From NCBI GenBank assembly GCA_010015585.1, contig ML975170.1: DNA of 64,000 bases; one strand, written 5' to 3'. Shown here in pieces: positions 26,259-39,952 of the stretch. Source of the DNA: Eremomyces bilateralis CBS 781.70. Lineage: Eukaryota. The translations under genes were made by a program, and so were the position numbers. How positions within the stretch are numbered: position 1 is the first letter of the stretch; every line of letters begins with the position of its first letter. A model generated the notes under the pieces. The model was not told where the DNA came from and made no database searches. It saw nothing but the letters and a program-made list of their open reading frames with translations.

Positions 26259-26519
26259 ATGCCTGCCCACGGTTGTGTTGCGGGTGTCATCATGAGCACT
26301 TGTCCTTCGTGTGGAGGGAACCCTGTGTGGTCAGTGAGAAGCTCCGTCGCTGCGAGATTGAAGCTCAAGACATCGAACAGCTACCGCGAAGGCCGATCCT
26401 GCAAACAGTGCATGAATAGAGGAGTGGTCGAAACCCCCTGCCCCTACTGTGTTGTAGCAGACAGGGCCAATACGACCATGACTCCAAGAACTTCGAAATC
26501 GTTAACACCGGACCCATAG
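26259..26519 (+). CDS. Small Cys-rich zinc-ribbon protein (~69 aa after removing a 51-nt in-frame intron, 26330-26380)
   Basis: TATATAA at 26121 and CACAATG start context. Motifs HGCxxG, CPSCGG, CKQCxxxG and CPYC. Candidate intron GTCAGT...AACAG. Confidence 0.55.
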   Translation: MPAHGCVAGVIMSTCPSCGGNPVWSVRSSVAARLKLKTSNSYREGRSCKQCMNRGVVETPCPYCVVADRANTTMTPRTSKSLTPDP

Positions 26520-27851
26520 CTGCTGCGGATGGCCTTGACGAGGCGGCCGTTACTGGAGGGATCTGTCTGGTTTAGTTGAGACACAAAGCCAGGTGCTTTG
26601 ATGGGTGATGGAACGATGGCGAATCCTGATTATCCTCCTCTTCGCGTCCTAGATAGACTTGGCTGCCGACTCACCGTCGCATCCTGTGGAATGTTGTACG
26701 TGGAGTACCTTCGAACCGTATCTTGGATCTTTCTTTGTTATCATGATGATTGTACACGTTAGCAATTCATTCTCTCATTGGAGTGGCAATGATCTTTAAA
26801 CCTGCTCCCTTCGCAACTTCAAACTGCTCTCGTGACCTAAATGACAGGCCCAACGGCAACCCGAGGAGCGCATCGTGAGACCAAGGGTCGCCTGCTCCCT
26901 TTGAAATGGCGGTCCGACACAGTTGTTTCAATCCCATGCAGGGATACACAAGAACAGAGAACGTGCCAGTTGCCTATGCGCCTTTAAGGCTCAACTGCCC
27001 TGGCAGAGAGGCTGAAAATGATGCATAAGTAATGGTAGCTACCCATTTCCGGTTCGAGGGATCGTAGCAATGTTAGCAGAACTTGGGTTCAGAATCCCGA
27101 ATCCCGAAGCTCTTTTGTGTCCCCGTTCGTGCAGGAGGTATATGCATGGATTCCCTGTTATTATCTGCTCCCATGACACCGGTCCGGGTGCTGAATACGA
27201 TTTGACAATGAGAAAACGGAGACAGTGGAACAAGCTTAACTGCGGCTATTCTCGCTACAGCACTCTACTTCAGGATGAGAAATGGATCGGTATTGTGACG
27301 TCCGAACCATGCTCGCCTGTCACCTGCTCTTCTTGGTGCGTCCATTCCCATGCAGCTCGCAATGATTATGGAAGCGAACATATTGCTGTACTATGTTTCG
27401 AAATTCGGCCTGGATCGTTGAAAAGCAACCCATCGTAGAAGGTAGGAAGAGCCTGTCTCGAGCTGCGAGACGAAGGACATCGATGCCGGGGCAATGGACC
27501 AATCAAGACTGGCCAACACACATTGCTATTGCTTGACGAGAATGATATGGCCATATGGGTTGTCGAGATCTCAGCAGTGAGAATGATGTGTGAAACGAGA
27601 ACATTGCAGTTGAAAATGATAGAAGTACGAACCTAGAAAGAGTTCCCACGCCTCATAGAAGTCAGTAAGCACTTATCTGTACCTACGAACAGGTATCAGG
27701 ATACTTTTGATGCCTCCGTAGTACGTATACCTCATCGTCCTTGGATTGTTCAGACCATCCGTGGGCTACAAAGGTCACATTTTCGGCGTGCACAAGAGGG
27801 CCATAACAAGACATGCCAATTAGACGCCGAATTCATTGTCCCGACCACCAA

Positions 27852-29876
27852 TCATCTACCTACCTCTAAGTCCTTTGCAATGTTCGATGGCCGAGATTCC
27901 TCCTTTTCGGAGAGATACACCTCCTTCCCCAACCCCTCGCTCTCTGCTTTCTCTGTAGCTATTTTCCTTTGTTGCCGCGCTTCTCGTTTTCTCATTCTCG
28001 TCTCTAGTCTCTTTCTATCCTCGGTCATCTGTCGAATCAAGGTGCTCTTCATCCGGATCTTGTGCCCGTATCGGTAGAAGATGAACGGAATCGGTGCCAA
28101 AAGCACCTCTAATAAACCCAGAAATGTTCCGGCCCAATTCGGTCCAAGGCGATCATATAATAGAGGCCCAGCTAACGGCAGCGTGCCGCCAAGGACGGAG
28201 CGAAACACAGAGTTTCCAGCAAGTGCGGACGCGGCGTATATGCCATATGAGTGGACGAGGTAGGTCGAGGCGTAGATAAAGACGGCCGTGTTACCAGCCC
28301 CAAATGGCACGCCAGCGATGATGGGGACAATCCAGTGCACGTTTGGTGTGCACGTCCAGGCGAACATCAGCTCGCCCACCGGTATCAAGATGGCTGCGAT
28401 ACAAACCATGCTCACCATCGCTTCCGGAGGCGGCTTTCCTGTCTCCGGGTCTTTCTCGTGGGCATTAATCATGCGACGGATCATTGGCTCGAGACCGATG
28501 ACAAGTAGAGAACCAATGCCTATACCGGAAAAGGCAAGGCCAACAAACCCTGGGGTCCAGTGGCGGAGGTTTGAGAAAACATAGGGATATGCAACAAAGC
28601 AGAGGTAGAGAATCCCATAGATTACAGCAATGTAAATGTCCCAAAATATGCTGCGGATCGTCAGTCATGGATCCTTCTTCGCGATATAGGCGGTGGGCTC
28701 ACCAAATGGGTTCCGTCACCGTGATGATGAAAGGCCGGCTCAGATTGAGCCTCAGCAATGGCCAGAACGCTGTTTGGTCGTCATATCTACTCGCCCACCT
28801 TTGATTTCCCGTCTCCTTTCGTTTTTTCGCGGCTCTTGACCGCAAGATTTCCGGGGCATATGTCTCCTTGATCGTGCATAGCGATAAGAATGCCACGCCA
28901 CTACAGATGAGGACGATCCAATTCGTCCATCTCCAGCCCAGGTACTGATACGCGAACCCACCAACCAGAGGGCCAAGGACTGGCTGAAAGGGAGAAGATG
29001 TTAGCACAAGAGTGTATGCCGGAAACTTGCATCTCTGATGATATCCAACCTCGAATCCCGCGGGTAGACATCGGAAGGAGCACAAAACACATACGAACAA
29101 TGGGGAAAGGAACTTACACCATTCATAGGACCGATACTCCATATACTGAACGCCATTGCTCGATAGTCTTCTTCCACGATGTCATTGACCGTTCCCGGAG
29201 CATTACTGATCATCGCACTTCCCGCAATCGCGCCAAAGAATCGCGTCACCAGGATCGCCTCCAAATTCTGGGCCAATGAACACGGCAAGACCAAAAGACC
29301 AAACAGCAGCATCGCTATCAAATAGATCGGCCTCCGGCCATACATCTCTGACAGCGGCGCTAGTAGAACTGATCCTACCGCCAACCCCAGCAAATATGTG
29401 GTCACGCCCAAGACCGCCGTTGTCTGGGACTCGACGTGAAACTCGGCCATGATACCTGGAATTGCCGAAGTATATGACGTGGAATACAGGACAACAGTCG
29501 CTGTGGAATATGAAACCGAGCCAATTATCCATCCCTTATACCAAAATGCCCATGTCATTGGGTTCCCTGGATCGCTGTCTTCAAAGTCGACTTCGAAGTC
29601 AGTCTCGGCCCCTTGGGTGCCCACCGTCGCGCGGGTTCCTGACTTGGCGAGGACACCGCCATCGGTACAGGATGTAATGGGCGCAAAGAAGTTGCCGTCC
29701 ACATGGCTGTCGTGCGTGGTGTGTCTGCGGATGTCGGCAGAGGCGTGCTGGGACGGAGCCTGTAGATGTTCGATCTCGTCGCCGTAGGCACTTGTTGATG
29801 ATTCGGACGTGGAGGATGAACGAGAAGGTGGTTCTGCATGAATTGAAGTCTCGACGGACTCTGGGGAGTCCTTCAT
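27852..29876 (-). CDS. MFS transporter, DHA1 drug:H+ antiporter family (3 exons)
   Basis: DPGNPMTW, APLSEMYGRRPIY, GPLVGGF...LGWRW, KETYAPEIL, RPFIITVTEPI and YAASALAGNSVFRS; introns near 29116-28985 and 28702-28651. Confidence 0.93.
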
Positions 29877-30893
29877 GATAGTGTGAAAAGCAATGGGGAG
29901 AGACGAATGGATATCAGTTCATGCTACGGCAACAGATCACTGTCCAAATCAGACTTTTATAGGTCGCCGCCGCCTTCTGGATATGTATAAATGCTGTAGA
30001 GATGTCTTAAACGGGGTGCTACCCTCGGAAATAAACCGCAAAGTCCGAGCAATGAGCATTGATAGGGATGATTCAGTATGAACAACGACTGCAAAGATGC
30101 TGTGAGAAAAAGAAGGTGCGGAGCAAATAGAGTGGAACCATGCGATTAACAGTTGAAGGAGAAGACATGACTAGACTAAGGAATCTGTGATGAGTGAGGT
30201 CTAGCAGACCTGGTGTGCGTGGATACTTCGGAATTGCGGAATTGCGGGACTTAGCAACTTAGCATCAGTCTGGTGGTGGTTGGAGAACTGGAGCAGAGAT
30301 CTGTAGGCGACTCCGACGCTGTGGGGTCTGGGGTCCCCCGTCATCTGTTGCCGACTTATCCATCGACCATGGACTGTCGAATGGTATCATCGACCATCAG
30401 TGATCAGATCGTATTATGCGTGCATCACAGCAATCACTGCATTGAGTGCATTGCGTGCATCCGCCTCGAAGGATAAGAGACGGACGAGAGACGGGTGGGA
30501 GTGTTGGATGTTGGATATTGGATGTGGCACTGCAGAGTAACTGACAGGAAGCACCCTTCCGCCAAGACCGCCTTAGCAACCGAATTCCGCAGCCTAGGAT
30601 GAAGGAGTTGGGATAGATTAATTCAGGTAGGAATTCATTCCGCTTCACTGATGGAAGGTTTCATGGCGTAACATCAATTTCAGCCATATCAAATATCATT
30701 CAGTATGTGCATTGATGTCCAAAATTGCTTCCACTACTATCCCTACAGCGAACCGGTACAAAAGCTAACCTCGCGATCCATCTGTCCAAGCTGTCCAACA
30801 TGCTTTTGAATACACCCAAGAATCCGAATAATTCGATATCGATCCGCATACCAAAAGTCGAACGTTCCCTCAATCCTCCAACCGGCTCCATCT

Positions 30894-32721
30894 TTAATGG
30901 AATTGGTCCTCGGTGACTCCCTTACCCATAGCGCTCGTGCTGCTGACACCGCCAGTCACCATCTTCAACAGGTTATCGGCATAGTTGGCTCCGCTCCATT
31001 TCTGGTGCGTAACGACTTCGACGCCTCGCTCCATCTCAGGCTCCTGAATCAACTCTCCATATGCCCGCATACCATGCTTGGAGAATGCTTTTGAGAAGGT
31101 GTCGGCAATCAGCGCAGTCTGGTGCAGACCGGCAAGAGTGATGAACTGCCAGCAATACCCAAGTTCGCCAAGGCGCTTGATATAGGTTTCCTGTTGGTCA
31201 CGCGGCATGGCCGATTTCCAGTTGAAGGAGGGAGAAAGGTTGTATGAAAGTCTGGAAATCCCATTAGTATCAATTGGGCCATATGGGGAGAAACACTCAC
31301 TTCTGCTCCGGCCAGACGGCGTGCACGCCATCGGCGAATTCCTTCGCCTGCGCGTAATCGGGCAGCTTGCTCTCCATCCAGATCAGGTCGGCATAGGGTG
31401 CAAACGCCACTGCGCGATTGATGGCGCATTGGCAACCGCCCTGATAGCGGTAGTACCCTTCACGGGTTCTCGGTGCCTCCCAGTTGAAGTAAACATCCCG
31501 ACCCAAGATGCCTCTCGCGATCGCACGGGCATCGGCGTTCGATTTGCCCTTGATCTGCTGTGCGAATTGTTGGATCAAAGCCTGCTTGTTCGGGATCTGA
31601 CTGGCGTTGATGGCATCGGCCACAGCTTCACTGAAGAGCTTGATCCCTGCCTTTTGGAGCCAGGTGTCCTCAATGGCCTGAAGCTGATCGCCGTTCTTGC
31701 CAGCCTTCTCTGCGGCGAGCATGAGATCATTCAGGGGCTTGAGGTCAGGGTTGGTGCTGCCCTGGATGAAAGCATGGTCCCGCGGGTCGATGGTAGTGGT
31801 GATGAGAGTTGCGGCTTCGGAATCGGTTCGGGCAATTGCGAGAAGATCAGTGCCTGTAGGAGTTCAGCAATGATGTTACCGATGACCCTGGTCTTTCCCA
31901 AAGATTCGATGAATCGAGGAAGAGCAGGTATGACTCACCCATGATGTCTGCTTGAGCCCTGATGGCGACAAGACGGTTGATGTGCTCACTGATGGGCACC
32001 AATACCTTTCCTGCCATATGTCCGCACTTCTTCGTGCCCGGAGCCTGGTCCTCGATATGGATTCCTGCAGCGCCCCTCTCAATAAAAAGCTTAGTCAACT
32101 TCATCACTGCTGTCAATCCTCCGTGGCCAGTGTCAGCATCGGCGACGATCGGACGGAGGAAATCGGTATTGGCGAGCTTCGAGCGCTCTTGGATAGGGGT
32201 AGACAGGCGCTCTTCGCGTTGCTTGCGGTCGTGGAAGAGCTGGGCCATGAAAAGGTGATTGACCTTGTCAGGAACAGTAGTCTAAGAGAACAGCCTGTGA
32301 GCCGACAGAATCTCACTGGCTGGGTAGCCATCTCTGGTCATAGCGGCTGAGGACAACTTACCATAGGATAATCGGCCAGATCAGGGCCTGGCTCGTCTGA
32401 TGATGAGGCGGTGGAGGAACACTGCCAGCCGGAGACATAAACCGTGTCAAGGTACTTGGCCATCTGGGTGACCATGACCGGATCAAGACAGCCATAGGTG
32501 AAGCTGGCCTCCTTCGTCTGCCATCTGCTCTCCACGATCTTCCACAGCTTCTTGCTCTGCTCATTTCCGGGATACTGGATCCTCAAATTGCCTCTCTTGG
32601 CAACAATCTGCTCTGCCGTGAAAGGCCGCTTGGTGTGCCTCCATCTTGAATCCGTCCACCATTGCTTGACGGCGGCCACTTCGGCCTGATATTGTTGCTC
32701 TTCAGCTTGGATAGATGCCAT
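30894..32721 (-). CDS. ICL1: Isocitrate lyase (glyoxylate cycle), 4 exons
   Basis: Active-site [41 protein letters not shown] and C-terminal [10 protein letters not shown]; canonical introns. Confidence 0.97.
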
Positions 32722-34846
32722 GATGTGCTTCTGCGACTGAGCGTTGATGTTCTAAGTATGACGACAGGATGACTCGGATCAAAAGTGTACAAGGAGTAGC
32801 AGGACTGAGGGGACCCAATTGCTCAGAAGACGCAATAAGAATAGTTGACTGAGTGGAGAGCAAGGAATTTAGGAGCCCACGAGGACAATGGGAGTAAATA
32901 AGTACGAAAAATGAAGAAATGTATACAGTGGCCGGATTGTGACTCGCAGCGGGGCCATTCGAGTATATGAAAAACCCGATTTCGCCTTTCCGAACCCAAC
33001 GTCACAGATCCCTACGCTGGATCCTTGACGACCCTGGGCCAAGGTGATCAGGACCGATCCATTGGTCCAGAACCGTCGGGTTATGCCGGAGCAGCTACGG
33101 ACCACGCTGACGATGCTTGATCTGCACGTGTAGGGATATGCATTTGTCTGGGGAATTGCCGCAGCCAGGACGGGCAGTGCCTCGGGAGACGCGCATCGGG
33201 AGGTGGAATGTAGTCGGAAAGCCGAACTTGGGTGTCGCGTGCGCGAAGACTCAGTCAGTCACTCGGCCATTCTGTCACAGCATCAGACCCAAAAGCCAGT
33301 TTACCGTAACCAGTTACCAATTAGCCAGCAAGTAGTAGCTAGTGCGTAAGTAGTGCGAACTGCGAAACTCCGTAGTTACCGTAATATATTAAACCGCGAC
33401 GTATCGGACCTTGTCGCATCGGCGCCATCGCGGCATCAATCAGGATCTTCCGCTTGGCCGAGGAGTTTCGGTTTCGTCCAATCATACACGAGATGAAGTT
33501 TCAATCTAACCGGACTAGGAGTAGCACGGCATTGTCGGCCCGTGATCACGTGGCAGCAATATCGCTCTCACTTCTCCATCTAGGTCGCTACTCCGCACCT
33601 TACCTTATTGTGGATGGCGCACCTGGTTCACATGCAAATGCGTCGTCCTGACAGCTAAAGGGTAAGTGCTGTGGCTGGGTATAACATTATAACATCATTA
33701 AAGTGGTTCGAGCACGACCAGAGTTGACTGATCTCATGTGATGATGCGAAGTTTCACCCTGATGCGGCCAGATCTTTGTCGACTAAGCAACATCCGTTTA
33801 CGGAACAACAGCCCTATCGCGATTGGTAGATAAACCAAAAGATCCGCTGGGAAATGACCTCGGCTCGGCCATAAACCGTTAGCCTGATAATGTGCCGCTC
33901 TCCGGATTCTTCCTTCTCCAGAATCCATACTCCACACATACGATACAGTCATCCTGTCCTCAATTGCGGAACACTGTACCTACCAGAACTACCTTGAAGC
34001 AGCCCGGAGGGTCTGGCAAGGAATCGGTTCTCCGCTGCGCATCAATTAAGAAATATGCTCCAATGGTTCGGAACAACAATTCAAGTAGCGGTGAACCTTT
34101 TATTCGCGCTTTTACTCTGTGCCACACTGCCACGATCCTGAGTTACGGAGTATAATGGAGGCTCGGAATAGCCAAAAGACGGAATGTCGGCCCTCAGTCC
34201 GTCGACTAAGAGTAAAGTCTCCCGCCTTTCATGGCAGAGGAGAGGCTATCTGTTTTCTAGCTAGGATATCATCAATTCTCCAATGTCTTGAACGGACTCG
34301 AAAAATAACAATAGCTTCATAAACCGGACAGTCTTGCATGGTGCCAGCATGCTGTGACAGTGGAGGATGCCATTGTTCGTCTGTGAAAGCATGCACAAGA
34401 GACCATTAAAACTGCGATGCCTTAATAATGTCCATAGATCCGATGAGGCGCCTCTTCGCAGCACAGGAACAGCATCGTAATTAAATACGACCATGGGATC
34501 AGGATGTCAAGCATCAAAGTCTCTCTGCAGGTCAGTGGTTGAGATTTCTGGCTGGAATGGAATACTTCCGTAGCCACTTGAGAGAGGAGACTTGAGAGGC
34601 GAGAGTTTGACAGTCAAAGTGTCAAACCTATGCATGACTCGGGATGACTATGAGTAGCATCTGATATGACTCGGAACGGTCACGTGTATCGGACGACTTC
34701 TGGGACGATCGAAATCTTGGCACCAGCGCTTGGACCTCAACTTTCTCAGTGTAATTTTTTCGACGGCACCACAGCACAATCTCACGACGATCGAAAACAG
34801 CCATTCTAAAGTTATTTGACGCGGCAACCGTTGAAGATTTGCAAAT

Positions 34847-36837
34847 ATGGCCGACGACGAACTCAAGTCCCGAAAGCGAAAGCGAAAGCACGGGAAACAG
34901 AGCGAATCCGCCATTACGAAGGGTGACCCTGCAACCCAGAAGGGCAAAGATCTGGTGCCAACAGATGATGCTCCAAAGGCCGACAAGAAGGTTTCAAAGA
35001 AACAAAAAGTAAAAGTCAAGGAGGTTGTCGACAAGATTGTTGTGAAGGAGACCGTGCCGGGCCGCGAAGAAGAAGAAGAAGAAGAAGAAGAAGAGCTTCA
35101 AGGCCCGGTAGACGAAGTCGAGAGCCACTTTCGCGACGCTCAAGGCGATACGGAGGTTGACGGTGCAGACGAGGAAGATGCCGGCCCCGTCGAGAACAAA
35201 GACGGCGAAAGTCCTTCGGAACAACTGGACTTGCCTGGCGTTATGGCGCCGCGACTGCCGACCACCGGCGACGAGCCGACGAAGTTCTCCGAATTGAACC
35301 TGAACCCCAAGACAATGCAAGCGATCGAAGGCATGGGATTCACGGAAATGACGGAGATCCAACAGCGTGGAATACCTCCCCTGTTGGCAGGAAGGGATGT
35401 TCTGGGTGCTGCGAAGACTGGATCCGGGAAGACTCTTGCCTTCTTAATCCCGGCGGTCGAGATGCTCTGCGCATTGCGGTTTAAACCGCGAAACGGTATG
35501 AAATGTGCAATGGGGTTCTGAAGGACAATATTGACTTGTAAATGCAGGAACCGGTGTCATCGTAGTGTCTCCCACGCGAGAACTGGCACTTCAAATCTTC
35601 GGCGTCGCTCGCGAGCTCATGGAGCACCACAGCCAGACCTTTGGCATTGTCATCGGTGGTGCCAACCGTCGCGCCGAAGCCGAGAAACTCGCCAAAGGGG
35701 TCAACCTTCTCATTGCCACCCCAGGACGACTGCTCGACCACTTGCAGAATACTCAAGGCTTTGTGTACAAAAACCTCAAGGCACTGATCATTGATGAAGC
35801 GGATCGGATCCTCGAAGTGGGGTTCGAAGATGAGATGAAGCAGATAGTCAAGATCCTTCCTAATGATGATAGACAGACCATGCTGTTCTCCGCCACGCAA
35901 ACTACTAAGGTTGAAGACCTTGCCCGCATCTCATTACGGCCCGGCCCTCTCTACATCAACGTCGACTTCCACAAAGACGTGAGCACTGTTGAAGGCCTTG
36001 AACAGGGCTACGTAGTCTGCGATAGCGACCTACGCTTCCGTTTGCTGTTTACGTTCCTTAAAAAGCACCCGAAGAAAAAGATTATGGTGTTCTGCAGCAG
36101 CTGCGCATGCGTCACATACTACGCCGAGCTCCTGAACTACATTGATCTACCGGTCCTCGACCTTCACGGCAAACAGAAACAGCAGAAGCGAACTAACACC
36201 TTCTTCGAATTCTGCAACGCCGACCAAGGAGTCCTCGTTGCTACCGACGTTGCCGCACGAGGGTTGGACATTCCGGCAGTCGACTGGATCATCCAGTTCG
36301 ATCCACCGGATGACCCGCGAGACTATATTCACCGCGTCGGACGAACGGCACGGGGATCCAATGCCAAGGGCCGGAGTCTGATGTTCTTACAGCCCTCCGA
36401 ATTGGGCTTCTTGAAGCATCTGAAAGAGGCGCGCGTGCCCCTGGTGGAGTTTGAGTTGCCGGAGAAAAAGATCCTGAACATCCAGAGCCAGCTGGAGAAG
36501 TTGATCTCCAAAAACTATTACCTGAACAAAGTAAGTTCCCGTTCCCCGGATCGCGGTGATGCCATTGCTAACGGTGCCGTAGTCTGCCAAAGAGGGCTAT
36601 AAGTCCTACCTCCACGCGTACGCAAGCCACTCGCTGAGATCGGTGTTCGATATCAATAGTCTAGACCTCGTCAAGGTGGCCAAGAGCTTTGGGTTCAATG
36701 CACCGCCACGGGTGGACATCGTCCTCGGTGCCAGCATGAGTCGGGACAAGAAGCCGGACGGTAGAAGAGCATATGGAAGCCAACCGAGCCAGGCGAAGAA
36801 GTTCCGAAAGAAGCGAGCGGACCTGGTGCGAACTTGA
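34847..36837 (+). CDS. HAS1: ATP-dependent DEAD-box RNA helicase HAS1 (ribosome biogenesis)
   Basis: [34 protein letters not shown] and the Has1-specific FKPRNGTG and [15 protein letters not shown]. Introns 35496-35547 and 36531-36582. Confidence 0.96.
35066..35092 (+). repeat. (GAA)9 microsatellite encoding poly-Glu in the HAS1 N-terminus
   Basis: Nine perfect GAA units followed by GAG. Confidence 0.9.
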
Positions 36838-39800
36838 GGCGAGGACCCCCAATGTTGCGCTAGAGTATTTCAAGCTTATAGATACCATTGAACGTTTTCT
36901 CACCTGAATTCTCCTGCTGCAACGCAAGTGGGTGGGCTCGCGTAATCTCGACGTGGGATCCTCTTTAAACCGTCTGCTGTGTCAGGAATGAAGGGCAATG
37001 AGGTTATGAGGCGCAATCCTGTTTCGTCTGGTGGCTCGTGTGACTCGGGTTGACCAGCAGGCAGCATCTTCTCATGCCCAGCCATCCATTCTCGGAATTT
37101 CTCCAACCAGAACCCATCGCAAACTCCCACCTCGGGCAATAAACCAAACTGTTGCGTAACGAAGTCGGCAGACAGCCACTCTGCGGGTCGAGCGAACACA
37201 CTCATTGCCGTGGAGCTTCTTATTCTTGGACATTCGATTTCATTATTGTTTGTCACCCGTATTAACTGCCATCGTTTGCTAAAATATCGACTGAGGCTAT
37301 GTTTCGAATATTGTGGGTGCACTCAATGGTACATTTCTTCAGATTCTGGTACCAACGGTCTATCTTCTATATTAAGGCGGCTCAGTATCGTCCATCACGG
37401 ACTTCCACCCCGACAGATGATCAAGCCCCTTCAGACTACTTCCGCTAAACCACGTTTCCTTACCAGCTACTTCATCCATGCTCTTTGTATCTTGATCAAG
37501 CAATCGATTCCCGGCTGCAAATGTCTTGTCCGCATTGTATTGTGTTTCATGCCGTTTCGTTGGTCTTCAGCGGCGGCTTGTCACCAATGTGTCGGGCCCG
37601 AGGCTCTCCAGATAGAGCTGCGTGCAGTTGTTGGGAGCCTCCTTCAGAGAATTTAAGGTTTTATCAATACTATATATCAGTCGCACTGGGACGACACTCC
37701 GGGAGACGCTAGGAGGGACCATCGTTTATCATGACATCGACGAAAAGGGTTGAAGAGATATAGACATCGAAGTTGATCTTTCGTGGCTCGACTAAACAGT
37801 GTGTTCCCAGGTCCTTCAGGTCCATATAGTATATCCCAAGTAGTGGCGAAGGCGACACCCATATTCTAATGAGGTAAAGTGTCTGGACAGCGCATAGGGC
37901 AACTCTACTACTCCGTACAACTACGGAGTAGGTCTGTGAGGAATCTGTCTTAGACGATGGTGCTGTCTAGGCTCCTGCAGCTTGATTGGAATGGCCGGTA
38001 CTTTTTAGTTCTGGAGCAATGCACCAGTCAAACGTGATAATAATAGTATACGTACCTTTCAATGCGTTTGGCTCTTAAAACTGGCTGATAATTCGTCGAC
38101 AGGACTGTGGGCTTATGCCTGATCCCGTACGGTTACTGGTTCCAAGCGTTGGGGCCTCAACCACGACGAGACTGCTGAAGCACACCGCTCAACCGACCAT
38201 CCGTTCGAGCAGTCGTCTGCCTCTGAGTGGTCGATGGGATGCGCACACAAACGTGCCTGGATCGGGTTCACGCATCCGGGTCGGAGCCTCTGAGGAACGT
38301 ATCCTCGCATGAAGCGGGCCTAGGCAAAGAGGCTCACTCCGTGGGATAGTGATGCCGACCGATGGTTTGGGCGAGGTGGGCTCCTCCACCGGAGCCAGGG
38401 AGCAGCCGGCGTGGCAAAACGAGGGCTGTGGACTGGTGGTGTATGGAGAAATGGCTGGTGGGAGGGAGATGATTCGTTAGGATGCTGCGGGAGGAGTTGA
38501 AGATGGCAGGGAATGCGCTGTCCAGTGTTTACTCGAAGTCGGACAAAGTACTACTTGACCGGAACTTTTTGTGGGAAGTAATATTAATCCTCCATAGAAT
38601 AGAATATATTTCGTTTAAGTATTCCGTGCAGAAGGTAATTGGGGGATCGGGGGATCCGTTGGGATTCGGGGTAATCATCGCAGAAATCCATGAAGCCGAT
38701 AGTGAATTCAGCTAATACCAGGCACCGTATTCTGTACTTGGCTGTCAATATGCGTACGTACGCTTTCCTTGCTTCATAGTTGATAGCCATAACTTTAATC
38801 ACAACAAGTAAAGGAATATTAGAATATCCAGAGCGTGGAAGAGTGGAGGCGGGCAGACTGGGAGGCTGACGGAGAGTGGGAGGCTAATCAATAGGTTTCC
38901 CCAGGACCGAGTCAATGGACAACAACCCTCCAACAATAATAGTATCATCACTGGATGAAAACTGAACAGCTTTGCAAAGAAAAGAGTAGCATCGATACCA
39001 ATTATCAATGGTAAATCATTAATATTGGGGCATCCTGGACGGAGCACGGAGTCACTCCACTCAGCACTGGCGTTTGTCTGGATCAGTTGCTGTGGGCGAC
39101 GAGGCCCATCCGCCACCCGACAATTGGAGAGCTTTGAGGTTCCCTGCACAGTGAGAGAGTGCACAGTGATCCCCTCCAGCCACCAAAGTTGTATGACAGT
39201 TGTACAGCCCTCACTTGTGAGACCATTATCCCTCCACCATTTTCCTTTCCTCCCCCTTCATTATTCCTGTCGCTGGAATTATTATCGTTAGCTTCACTTA
39301 GCTGAATTAATTCCTGATTCTGATTCCTGCCTGTGTGAGTGGGACCGGAAATTTCACTTCCACTTCCCTCCCATCACTCTGGTCCTTCACACATCTCATC
39401 TACCATGCTCCGTTGACAACGCATCGCTCAATATCACGCCTATCGCTTCCCCTTCGATCTCCTTACCTACTCCTGAGCATCCTTCTTTGCTCGCTTTTAT
39501 TTCAATCACTTCGGAATCTGTTGCCATTTCTCCGGGTTACTGAATTCGATCCCTTCAAATGTTCCGCTGATCTTGCTGCAAATCGGGGATTGCTGAGGTG
39601 CTGTGCCGTCCTGCAGCAACCGAATCTAGCAGCTGACGAATATCAATTGCAGTCGCAGAAAGTTCGACACAAGAGACACACAGTTACGAATCCTTTGCCC
39701 TGCTTCGCCCTTTGAGCGTTCTGCGTTTTTTCCTGCCTCATCCCCCCAAGGCCCCTACACTACTCGACTATCAACCCTTTATAAGGAAAACTCCCCTTCA

Positions 39801-39952
39801 CCGGTCCTTGTGGTCGCGGCACAGCTCTTGTGCTTCCGAAGAAAAAAATATCTTGCAGAAGTCGTTATTTGTATTGTTCCAAATATCGATTTGCCCTAGC
39901 TATTACATTTACTATGCATCCAGCCGCCTGATCAGGCTACTGTACGTTCAAG

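Noticed and set aside
30894..32721. Methylisocitrate lyase
   Set aside because: KKCGHMAGK and the absence of a mitochondrial presequence match true isocitrate lyase.
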